Positions 19,356-28,525 of a stretch of 64,000 nucleotides of DNA are shown here, piece by piece (the first letter of the stretch is position 1; the number at the start of each line of letters is the position of its first letter). The notes under the pieces are model-generated. The model saw only the letters and a list, made by a program, of their open reading frames with translations, made no database searches and was not told the DNA's origin. The DNA is from Promethearchaeota archaeon (GTDB lineage Archaea; Asgardarchaeota; Lokiarchaeia; Sigyniarchaeales; SOKP01), in the NCBI GenBank assembly GCA_048938005.1, contig JBHLMQ010000001.1, positions 152,925-216,924 of the forward strand. The letters run 5' to 3'. Position numbers and translations under genes: made by a program.

Positions 19356-20357
19356 GTGACAATAGAAAAAATAAGAGTATCTGTTGGAAGCGCTTCTGTT
19401 TTAGGATTAGGTTCTTTGCCACAATTTGAAATCCCCCCGACTACATGCTATATTATGACATTTAAGGAGGGATATTGTTTAGCAAATTGTGGTTTTTGTC
19501 CTCAAGCTCGATCATCTAAGAGTTCAATAGAAAAGCTGTCTCGAATTAATTGGCCAATATTTTTATTTAAAGATTTTCTAACAAAATTAAAATATTTGCC
19601 TTTTTCAAGGAAATTTAGTAGATTATGCATTCAAACACTCAATTATCCAGAAAATTTTGGCGATTTGATAGAGATTGTAACACAAATTAGGACACATACT
19701 AATATACCTATATCTGTTGCCATTCCGCCTTTATCAAAAGAAAAATTAAGAGAGTTAAAATTGAAAGGAGTTCAAAGAGTAGGAATTGCATTAGATGGTG
19801 CGACATCTGAGATTTTTGATAAGATTAAAGGCAGAAACGTTGGAGGTCCCTATACATGGGAGGAACATTTTCAAAAGTTGAGGGAAGCATTAGAAATTTT
19901 TTCATCTGGTTTTGTAAGTACTCATATAATAATTGGATTAGGAGAAACAGAAAGAGAAGTTATTGAACGTGTAGAAGAGCTACATAATTTAAATATTCTT
20001 GTATCATTATTTGCATTTATGCCTATTAAAGGTACAAGATTTGAAAAAATAACCCAACCGACAATTATAAGTTTTAGGAAATTGCAGTTAGGGAGGTTTC
20101 TTATTATTAATAATGAAAAAAATTCAAAAGATTTTACTTTTAATAGAATAGGTGAAATTGTAAATATTAATATTAGTAAAAAAGAATTAAAAATGATAAT
20201 TAACAACACAAATGCTTTCTTAACTTCTGGATGTCCTGGTTGTAATCGTCCTTATTATACTTCTAAACCATCTGGTCCTATTTATAATTATCCACGAGTG
20301 TTAACTGAAATTGAAAAAACCGAAATTTTTGATTTATTAAATAAATTTGTATATTAA
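19356..20357 (+). CDS. lipS2: Radical SAM lipoyl synthase component LipS2
   Basis: CLANCGFC radical SAM motif plus C-terminal TSGCPGCNRP; adjacent to a lipoate ligase. Confidence 0.8.
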   Translation: MTIEKIRVSVGSASVLGLGSLPQFEIPPTTCYIMTFKEGYCLANCGFCPQARSSKSSIEKLSRINWPIFLFKDFLTKLKYLPFSRKFSRLCIQTLNYPENFGDLIEIVTQIRTHTNIPISVAIPPLSKEKLRELKLKGVQRVGIALDGATSEIFDKIKGRNVGGPYTWEEHFQKLREALEIFSSGFVSTHIIIGLGETEREVIERVEELHNLNILVSLFAFMPIKGTRFEKITQPTIISFRKLQLGRFLIINNEKNSKDFTFNRIGEIVNINISKKELKMIINNTNAFLTSGCPGCNRPYYTSKPSGPIYNYPRVLTEIEKTEIFDLLNKFVY

Positions 20358-20374
20358 CATTTAGATAAGAAAAA

Positions 20375-21154
20375 ATGAATGTGTGGCGATTTTTACCATT
20401 GGAAATCAAAAGTGGGTTTTGGAATATGGGTTTAGATGAAGCTATTTTAAAAATGGCTATAGAGAAGAAATCGCCAAATACCTTAAGGTTTTATAAGTGG
20501 AAGCCTTCTACTGCTAGTATCGGGAGAAATCAGAGTTTATCCAATGAAATTGATGTTAAATTCGCAAAAGATAAAGGATTTAATATTGTAAGACGGATTA
20601 CCGGAGGGGGAGCTGTTTTTCACGATGAAAAGAGAGAAATAACCTATTCAATTGTATGCCCTATCAAATTTCTTGAGAAATTAGGTGCTAACAAGGTATT
20701 AGAACAGTTTGAGATTATTACTCAAGGAATAATTAAGGGTTTAATGATTTTTGGTTTAAAACCAGAGAAAGATGTTATTCATTGTCCTGCTATTCTAATA
20801 AATGGAAAAAAATTTTCTGGGAATGCACAAATCCGAAAGAAGGGATACATTCTCCAGCATGGAACAATTTTATTAGATATTGACCCTGAATTGATGTATT
20901 CATTGTTAAAAGCTCCTGAAAATGTCGAGAAATCTAAGATGGTCAGATCTGTTCGTGCTAAATGCATAGGAATTAAAAACTATATACAAAATTATGAGGA
21001 AAGAAAACTAATTTTTTCATTAAAGCGTGGATTCGAAGTAGCATTAAATATAGAATTAACAGAGGGAATTATTTCAGAAGAAGAGAGAGAATTAGCGGAA
21101 AGGTTAGTAAGAGAGAAATATTCAAATTTGGAATGGTTACAAAAATATGAATAA
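20375..21154 (+). CDS. Lipoate:protein ligase / octanoyltransferase (LplA/LipM family)
   Basis: NMGLDEA, RRITGGGAVFHD, KKFSGNAQ, LQHGT. Confidence 0.92.
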   Translation: MNVWRFLPLEIKSGFWNMGLDEAILKMAIEKKSPNTLRFYKWKPSTASIGRNQSLSNEIDVKFAKDKGFNIVRRITGGGAVFHDEKREITYSIVCPIKFLEKLGANKVLEQFEIITQGIIKGLMIFGLKPEKDVIHCPAILINGKKFSGNAQIRKKGYILQHGTILLDIDPELMYSLLKAPENVEKSKMVRSVRAKCIGIKNYIQNYEERKLIFSLKRGFEVALNIELTEGIISEEERELAERLVREKYSNLEWLQKYE

Positions 21155-22202
21155 AACTCAATCAATAATGAAAAAAATTAGAGCTGGAACAGCATCATGG
21201 TTAGATTTTAAGACAATTTTAAACCTTGATTCGAAAGATTTGGAATTAATATTAAATCTAGCTCAGGATATTACTCAAAAAAATTTTGGTAATATTTTAA
21301 AAATATATAATCCTACTAACAGATTTCCTGCGATTAGTATAACGGGTAGTGAATGTGCCTTAGAGTGTGAACATTGCAATAGGAAATACTTGAAAGGAAT
21401 GAAAGCAATATTAGAAAATAAAGATTTAGAACAATTTTTGTTTGAACTTCATAAAAAAAATGGAGTAGGTGCATTAATATCCGGGGGTAGTAAGCTTGAT
21501 GGCTCTGTCCCTTTATTAGAGTATTTGGATACCATCAAAAAAGTCAAGAGAGAAACAAATTTAATTATAAATACTCATACAGGTTTATTAAATGAAGAAA
21601 CTGCAGTGAAACTTGCTGATGCTAATGTGGATATAATATCATTTGATATAAATGTGGATGAACAAGTTATACGAAATATTTATCATTTGGATGTCGAACT
21701 AAATGAATACAAAAGAGCTATTGATTTATTGAAAAAATATGAATTAAATATTGTTCCACATATTTGTATTGGATTGTATTATGGCAAACTCAATAAAGAA
21801 TTAGAATCGATTAGATTTATTAAAGAAACTGAAATAAATCCATCATTGTTAGTTGTGATTATCTTAATTCCTCCTAAAGATTCGAAGGTAAAATTTGAAA
21901 TGCCTAAACCAGAAAGTATAGCAAAAGTTATCGCAATTTTAAGATTTGCTTTTCCCAAAACAGAAATTTCTTTAGGATGTATGAGACCACGTGGAAAGAT
22001 TAAAAATGAGATTGAAAAATTCGCAATTAGGGCGGGTGTAACAAGGATCGAAATTCCATCTAAAGATACATTAATGTGGTTAAAAAAGAACAATAAAAAA
22101 ATCCAATTCAAATATTTTTCTGCTTGTTGTGCAATTCCTAAAAAATTTGAAAAATTAGCCGAAAGTAAAGAATTGGATATTAAAAGATATATAAATATCT
22201 AA
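21147..22202 (+). CDS. lipS1: Radical SAM lipoyl synthase component LipS1
   Basis: SITGSECALECEHC, LGCMRP and C-terminal SACC. Confidence 0.8.
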   Translation: MNKTQSIMKKIRAGTASWLDFKTILNLDSKDLELILNLAQDITQKNFGNILKIYNPTNRFPAISITGSECALECEHCNRKYLKGMKAILENKDLEQFLFELHKKNGVGALISGGSKLDGSVPLLEYLDTIKKVKRETNLIINTHTGLLNEETAVKLADANVDIISFDINVDEQVIRNIYHLDVELNEYKRAIDLLKKYELNIVPHICIGLYYGKLNKELESIRFIKETEINPSLLVVIILIPPKDSKVKFEMPKPESIAKVIAILRFAFPKTEISLGCMRPRGKIKNEIEKFAIRAGVTRIEIPSKDTLMWLKKNNKKIQFKYFSACCAIPKKFEKLAESKELDIKRYINI

Positions 22203-22214
22203 AGCGGATTTGTT

Positions 22215-23627
22215 ATGAAAATTAAAAATGAGATAAAAATTATAGGGTTAAAAGAAATTCCATTAATTAAAAAAGGAGATAGCATCCCTGAAATTATAAT
22301 CAATGCTTTAAATATAAATAGAATCTCTTTAGAAGATGGAGATATAATTGTCATTGCTCAAACAATAGTTTCTAAAAGTAATGGTAGAACCAGAAATTTA
22401 AATGATATCACACCAAGTGAGAAAGCTCTTGAGTTATACAAAAATATTAATCCTAAAGTAAAAAGTCAAGGATTGCCAGAAAAAAATCCTAAATTAATAG
22501 AGGCAATTTTAGATGAATCCAAGGAGATTATAAAATCTGAACACGTCTTAATAACTGAAACTAAACATGGGTTTATTTGCGCTAATGCTGGTGTGGATAA
22601 GTCTAATATTGAGGGTGAGGGAATAGTTATTTTGTTACCAGAAAATCCAGATAAAGAAGCTGAGAAAATTAGAACTACCATTAAACATAAAACCAATAAA
22701 GAAATTGCAATTATTATTTCGGATTCATTTGGTAGAGCTTTTAGGGTAGGAGCAGTTGGAACTGCTATTGGAGTTTCAGGGATAGATCCCATTCTAGATT
22801 TACGAGGTAAGAAAGATTTATTCGGATATGAACTCCAAACTACTGTTATGGGTCAAGTAGATAGTCTTGCTGCTGCAGCACAGTTAATTATGGGAGAATC
22901 AGATGAAGGGATTCCAATTGTAATAATAAGAGGTTATAAGTTCAAATTTAATGAGAAGGTAACAATTAAATCCATTTTAAGAAAGAAGGAAATTGATTTG
23001 TTTAGAGAATCAGTAGATAATAGATTATTAAAAATTCTTAAAAATCGAAGAAGTTACAAATTACCTTTTGCAATAAAAAATGTAGATAAAAAAACTATTG
23101 AAGAATGCATTGAAATCGCACGTTGGGCTCCAAGTGCTCATAATGGACAATATTGGAGGTATATAATATTGGAGAGAGGAAAGCAACGTGGAAGTTTAAT
23201 AGATAAAATGAATGAGAAATTAGTATCTGATTTACAAAAGAATGGAAATTCTGAGGAAATTATTAAAAAAAAAGTAGAAAGAACGAGAAATAATTTCTTA
23301 GAAGCACCAGTTTTAATTTTATTATGTTTAGATACAGTAGATTTAGAAAAGTATCCGGACAATGAAAGAACACAAAATGAGTTCCTTTTGGGTATTCAAA
23401 GTATTAGTTGCTCAGCAATATATCTGCTCCTTGCTATTGAAATGAAAAAATTAGCCGCATGCTGGTATTGTGCTCCACTCTTTGCAAAAGAGATTATAAA
23501 GGAAGAATTGAAACTTCCTGAATCCTACATTCCTATAGCTTTTTTTACAGTGGGTTATCCTATTAAAACTCCAAAAGCTCCAAATCGTAAAGAATTGAAA
23601 GAAATAATATATGAACCTAGTGTTTAA
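22215..23627 (+). CDS. cofE: Coenzyme F420-0:L-glutamate ligase (CofE) fused to a nitroreductase domain (FbiB-like architecture)
   Basis: CANAGVDKSN, SDSFGRAFR, MGESDEGIP; then RRSYK, WAPSAHNGQYWRY, ACWYCAPLF. Confidence 0.9.
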   Translation: MKIKNEIKIIGLKEIPLIKKGDSIPEIIINALNINRISLEDGDIIVIAQTIVSKSNGRTRNLNDITPSEKALELYKNINPKVKSQGLPEKNPKLIEAILDESKEIIKSEHVLITETKHGFICANAGVDKSNIEGEGIVILLPENPDKEAEKIRTTIKHKTNKEIAIIISDSFGRAFRVGAVGTAIGVSGIDPILDLRGKKDLFGYELQTTVMGQVDSLAAAAQLIMGESDEGIPIVIIRGYKFKFNEKVTIKSILRKKEIDLFRESVDNRLLKILKNRRSYKLPFAIKNVDKKTIEECIEIARWAPSAHNGQYWRYIILERGKQRGSLIDKMNEKLVSDLQKNGNSEEIIKKKVERTRNNFLEAPVLILLCLDTVDLEKYPDNERTQNEFLLGIQSISCSAIYLLLAIEMKKLAACWYCAPLFAKEIIKEELKLPESYIPIAFFTVGYPIKTPKAPNRKELKEIIYEPSV

Positions 23628-23639
23628 GGGAACAAAATT

Positions 23640-24569
23640 ATGAGTGAAAATTATTATGTAGTATTAGCTGGAGGTGTTGGAGCAGCAAAATTTATTGATG
23701 GATTGGTTCAAATTATTAAACCAGAATTGCTCAAGATTATTGTAAATACAGGTGATGATATTGACTTATTTGGACTTAAAATTTGTCCTGATTTGGATAT
23801 AATAACTTACACATTGGCAAATTTAATCGATAAAGAAAAAGGATGGGGGTTCGCTGAAGAAACTTATAATTGTTTAAATGTTTTGAAAAAATTTTATGAC
23901 ACAGGATGGTTTAATGCTGGTGATAAGGATTTAGCTACTCATATTTATCGTACTGATTTATTTAAACAAGGTTTTAATAAAGCAGAGATAACAAACTTAA
24001 TATGTCAAAATTTAGGAGTAAAATCTCATCTTATTCCAATGTGTAATGAATCAGTTGAAACCTTTATTACAACTCCTTCAAAAATAATGCATTTCGAAGA
24101 ATATTTTATAAAGTATCAATGTAAACCAAAAGTTTTAAATATCGAATTTAAAGGCATAGAGAATGCAGTACCAATTAAAGGCGTATTACAATTTATAGAA
24201 AAAGCTAAAAAAATAATAGTCTGTCCATCCAATCCAATTGTATCAATAGGAACTATCCTTCAAGTAAAAGGAATTAAAGAGGCACTTACAAAAGTTAGAG
24301 AAAAAGTTTTTGGAATAAGTCCAATCATAGAAGGGGCACCAGTGAAAGGTCCAGCAGATAAATTGATGAAATTTGTAGGCGTAGAGGTCTCATGTGTGGG
24401 TATTGCAAGGTTTTATAAAGAATTTCTGGGACATTTTATTATAGATAATAAAGATTGCTTCTTAAAACCTAAAATTGAAAAATTAGGAATTGAGACTTAT
24501 TGCTATGATACTCTCATGGTAAATCTAAAAAAAAAGATAAAATTAGCTCAATATATAATAAATTTATAA
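23640..24569 (+). CDS. cofD: 2-phospho-L-lactate/PEP transferase
   Basis: LAGGVGAAKF, NTGDD, ICPDLD, GDKDLATH, PSNPIVSIG, GPADK. Confidence 0.95.
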   Translation: MSENYYVVLAGGVGAAKFIDGLVQIIKPELLKIIVNTGDDIDLFGLKICPDLDIITYTLANLIDKEKGWGFAEETYNCLNVLKKFYDTGWFNAGDKDLATHIYRTDLFKQGFNKAEITNLICQNLGVKSHLIPMCNESVETFITTPSKIMHFEEYFIKYQCKPKVLNIEFKGIENAVPIKGVLQFIEKAKKIIVCPSNPIVSIGTILQVKGIKEALTKVREKVFGISPIIEGAPVKGPADKLMKFVGVEVSCVGIARFYKEFLGHFIIDNKDCFLKPKIEKLGIETYCYDTLMVNLKKKIKLAQYIINL

Positions 24570-24579
24570 TCAATAACAT

Positions 24580-26031
24580 TTAAGTAGATTCAGTAGCTAC
24601 TTTCTCAGATTCTTCTTCCTCTTGTACTTCAATTTCTTCTTTTCTAACATAATCACCAACAGAAGTTAGAAGCTCTTTTATACGACCTTCTTGTTGTAGT
24701 CGAATTATTAAGTTTCGATGTTTTATAAATGAAATTAATTTAGATATAACTGGAAAGAGGAGCATTATCGGTAGTAGAAGAATTATGATAATTTCTGGAG
24801 AAAACATCACAACACTTTCTGTAATTGCGTCGGGTAATTGTATTACAGTATCCAAAAACCAATGTGGGTGTATAATAATGTAGCTTATGATTAAAAGTAA
24901 CCCTACACGGTATGTAAAGTTAAATAATGTTGATGTTGCTAGATTCCGTGCTCTTGGAGCTGATGAGCTTGCAGTTAATGTATCTCTGGCTTCAGAATCT
25001 TCTCGGAAAAGACGATCTATATATCTCCCGAGTCTTCGCGTTTTAGATGCTGCAGTAATTAACTTTTTTTCTTCTTCCTCTAATTTTTTCCTTTCTATCA
25101 TTTCTTTTACATATGAGAATCGCTTTCCCGTTTTAGCTAAGAATTTTCCGATTGCAAACCCTTCTTTTTGCTCTGATTCAATTTCTTTAATTCTCTTTTT
25201 AGCTTCTTCTTTTATTTTATCGATATTTGCAGTTATATAATGTGATTCTCTTGCTAGAATATTTAATTGGGCATTTAATCTATCACTTCTTTCTAAGGAT
25301 GGTTTTGTTACGGTGTCTGCATAATTAATTTGAAAGGAAAGTTCTATATAAATATACGAGATAATCCCAAATACAATCAAGGGACTTGCTATAAATAATA
25401 TAAAATTATCAACAGGTATTATAGATAATGATGGATCAAGGGGATTTGTCATTTGATCTAAATTTAAAAAATCTGGTGGTAAATTAAATAATTGGAACAT
25501 TTCTCTTAAACCTCCCACCATAAGTGGAACTATAATCATGAGGATTATTGACCCTATTGCAATTAAAGAATATTTTGGATCACTTTTGAAAAAAGCTCTA
25601 ATGGCATATACAACGGCTATAACAAATAAAATTTGAAAAATAACTAAATAAATGTCATTAAAAAGTACCTGTAACTCGTCTAATATTAGAGATGGAATAT
25701 TCTGTAATTCAGGTTTTGGAATTGCAAACCATTTACTTAAGTATCCTTTAAAAAATCCTTCAATGAATTTAAATATATAATTATTAACTCCACCTCCAAA
25801 AATAAATGCAAAAATAAATGCACAACCATAAGCGATGGCAAAAAGACAACCATAGATAATATACGAGAATACATTTTTGAGTGTTCCAAAAAAGGCAAAA
25901 AGAGCATATTCATTATCCGCTGAGACAAGTACTCGATCAAAATGAAAGATTGAGGTTAGAAAAATAATAAATATCCATGAAAAGATAGCTAAATTGATAA
26001 TTTTTAATACTAATATATAACGACGAGCCAT
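24580..26031 (-). CDS. Polytopic membrane protein with a charged coiled-coil loop (last gene of the MoxR/DUF58 cluster)
   Basis: Multiple hydrophobic helices; 3-nt gap after the DUF58 gene. Confidence 0.8.
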   Translation of the reverse strand: MARRYILVLKIINLAIFSWIFIIFLTSIFHFDRVLVSADNEYALFAFFGTLKNVFSYIIYGCLFAIAYGCAFIFAFIFGGGVNNYIFKFIEGFFKGYLSKWFAIPKPELQNIPSLILDELQVLFNDIYLVIFQILFVIAVVYAIRAFFKSDPKYSLIAIGSIILMIIVPLMVGGLREMFQLFNLPPDFLNLDQMTNPLDPSLSIIPVDNFILFIASPLIVFGIISYIYIELSFQINYADTVTKPSLERSDRLNAQLNILARESHYITANIDKIKEEAKKRIKEIESEQKEGFAIGKFLAKTGKRFSYVKEMIERKKLEEEEKKLITAASKTRRLGRYIDRLFREDSEARDTLTASSSAPRARNLATSTLFNFTYRVGLLLIISYIIIHPHWFLDTVIQLPDAITESVVMFSPEIIIILLLPIMLLFPVISKLISFIKHRNLIIRLQQEGRIKELLTSVGDYVRKEEIEVQEEEESEKVATEST

Positions 26032-26034
26032 TTT

Positions 26035-27282
26035 TTAATACGCCCTCCCCTTTTTCTTTGCTTCCATATAATTACCTAACACTTGGTTCATCATATCATC
26101 AGGTCCGCATGTTATAATATTTATACCAAGCTTTCTAAGACCTTGTTTAATAATTAGGATATGTTCCATCATTTCTTCACTGATTGCTTCTGCTAAAGCT
26201 TTATCTGTTGAAGATAAATCTATTTCATGAATTTCAAACCAAGGGCTAAAAGGATTAATAACAATAATAGTATGATTAAAAGGTACCAATTTTTTAATAG
26301 CTTCAGAAATATCTTTAGGATTTGCCTCTAAATCGGAAATAATGAAAATTAAACTTCGTTTTTGAAACCGCTTTGTAAAATGCTCCATAGCTTCATTAAA
26401 TTTACATTTTCCTTGTGGTTTTACTCTCGCAACGAAATCTAATACTTGATAAAAGTGTTCTTCTCCACTATTTGGTTTTAAAAAATTAAGATTCTTTTTA
26501 TCTGAAAAAGTAAATACCCCCACATTATCCCTTCGGGTTAAAGCCACTTTTGTTAGAAGCATACAAGCTCGTATCGCATATTCAAATTTTGTATTTTCAA
26601 TGGCTCCTCCTGCCATTGTATCTGAAGAATCTACTAAAATCATAACAGTAACATCTCTTTCACTCTCAAATTCCTTGACAATTAATGTTTGGGTTCGAGC
26701 ACTTGCTTTCCAATCTATCAATCTAAACTGATCTCCAAAAACGTATTTTCTCATACCATAGAATTCTGAACCAAGCCCTTTTTGTTTTGATCTTTGTAAA
26801 CCATAGTTCAATTGTAGTGATCGTTTTGAACCTAAAATCTCAATTCGTTTAATATCTTCATAAGGAGGATAAATAAGTATATCTGTAACACTATCTGGAA
26901 CAATTCTCTCTAATGAATTAAAACCTAATCTGTCTTTAACTATTATTGATAAAGGTCCGAGTGCATATTCACCTCTAACTTTTGGTTCGAGTACATATGA
27001 AAATTTAATTATATCTTTAGGTCCTATTCTTGTAGATATAAAATTTTCACCTAATATTAATCTAAAAAGCTGTGGATTGTAATTATCCCTTATTTCAATA
27101 AAATCAAAGCTATTACGACTAATATTTTCAATAACCACTTTTATATGAACAAAATCATCTTTGAATACTTTTTCTTTTTCGAGTTCTCTATGTACTCGTA
27201 ATTCCTCTACATTCATTTTGTAGTGGAAGATAGGTAGACTAATGATTGTACTAAATAATAATAAAATTGCGAAGTATATCAA
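26035..27282 (-). CDS. DUF58 / VWA-like membrane-anchored MoxR partner; true start probably upstream (frame open to at least 27426)
   Basis: GSEFYGMRKYVFGDQFRLIDWKASAR, VKEFESE, LVDSSDTM, IISDL. Confidence 0.9.
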   Translation of the reverse strand: MIYFAILLLFSTIISLPIFHYKMNVEELRVHRELEKEKVFKDDFVHIKVVIENISRNSFDFIEIRDNYNPQLFRLILGENFISTRIGPKDIIKFSYVLEPKVRGEYALGPLSIIVKDRLGFNSLERIVPDSVTDILIYPPYEDIKRIEILGSKRSLQLNYGLQRSKQKGLGSEFYGMRKYVFGDQFRLIDWKASARTQTLIVKEFESERDVTVMILVDSSDTMAGGAIENTKFEYAIRACMLLTKVALTRRDNVGVFTFSDKKNLNFLKPNSGEEHFYQVLDFVARVKPQGKCKFNEAMEHFTKRFQKRSLIFIISDLEANPKDISEAIKKLVPFNHTIIVINPFSPWFEIHEIDLSSTDKALAEAISEEMMEHILIIKQGLRKLGINIITCGPDDMMNQVLGNYMEAKKKGRAY

Positions 27283-27446
27283 AAAATAATTCTCAAACGC
27301 AAAACCAGCTGTTAGAAAAAATACAGCAAATAGAACTAAACTTCTTCCTTTTCCTCCTAAAATATTTTTCCACCGTTGTGCGTTTAGCTTTTTTATTATA
27401 TCATCTGATTTTAAGTTAATATTAATTACAAAAAAAAATGAATTTT

Positions 27447-28412
27447 TTAAATTGGGATTGGAATTTCCTCAACAATTGACTTTAATACTGCTCTTGTATC
27501 AAGTCCTTCTAATTCTGCTTCTGGCTTTAGAAGAACCCTATGATTTAATGCTGGAAGGACCAAAGCTCTTACATCATCAGGAGTAACATAGCTGCGACCA
27601 AGAATTGCTGCTCTTGCTTTCGAGCATTTCATTAATGTTAGACTAGCCCTAGGTCCACATCCTAGGGCGATTTGTGGATGATTTCGTGTTTTGATTATTA
27701 GATCTCTGATATATTTTAGTATTCTATCATCAATATATACTAAATTCATAATCTTTTGAGCTGCGAGGATCTCTTGAGAATTTGTAATTGCTTCTACTGA
27801 AGGCAAATCTCCTGATAATTGTCTTCTCATAATTTCTACCTCTTCAGTATCTTCTGGATAATCCAACCAAAGCTTAAAAAGGAAACGATCTACCTGTGCT
27901 TCAGGCAAAGGATATGTTCCTTCCATCTCTACAGGGTTCTCAGTAGCAATAACAATAAAAGGTTTTTCAAGTCCAAGTGTTTGACCTTCAATAGTTACTT
28001 GTCGTTCGGCCATAGCCTCTAGGAGAGCTGCTTGAGTCTTAGGTGCGCTTCTGTTGATTTCATCTGCAAGAACAACATTTGCAAAAATAGGGCCCTTCTG
28101 AAGAACAAAAGCACCCTCATTTTGGTCAAAAATCTTTGTACCAGTAATATCTGCTGGGAGTAGGTCCGGTGTAAATTGAACTCTGCGAAAAGATATACCA
28201 AGAGTACGAGCATAAGTTTTTGCCATGACAGTTTTACCAAGACCAGGAACTCCTTCCAGGAGAACATGTCCATTTACTAACAACGCTATAAAAAGTTGCT
28301 GTAGAATATCCCCATAACCTACAATGACACGGCTCACTTCGCTGAGAACTTCTTGCGCAATTTCGTGAAATGGTCTAATTGACCAGTTTTTCGCGTATAG
28401 GAGCCACGTCAA
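27447..28412 (-). CDS. moxR: MoxR-proper AAA+ ATPase
   Basis: GHVLLEGVPGLGKT, RVQFTPDLLPAD, LADEINR, QAALLEAM, EGTYPLPEAQVDRF. Confidence 0.95.
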   Translation of the reverse strand: MTWLLYAKNWSIRPFHEIAQEVLSEVSRVIVGYGDILQQLFIALLVNGHVLLEGVPGLGKTVMAKTYARTLGISFRRVQFTPDLLPADITGTKIFDQNEGAFVLQKGPIFANVVLADEINRSAPKTQAALLEAMAERQVTIEGQTLGLEKPFIVIATENPVEMEGTYPLPEAQVDRFLFKLWLDYPEDTEEVEIMRRQLSGDLPSVEAITNSQEILAAQKIMNLVYIDDRILKYIRDLIIKTRNHPQIALGCGPRASLTLMKCSKARAAILGRSYVTPDDVRALVLPALNHRVLLKPEAELEGLDTRAVLKSIVEEIPIPI

Positions 28413-28525
28413 TTTCCTCTTTTTCGTAGTATTTTGCTTTATCTGAAGTTTCTATTTTATAACTCACCTTTTTTTTATTTTTTTTTATTTTTATTCTATT
28501 TTTTATAAATATATTTTAAATTTAA

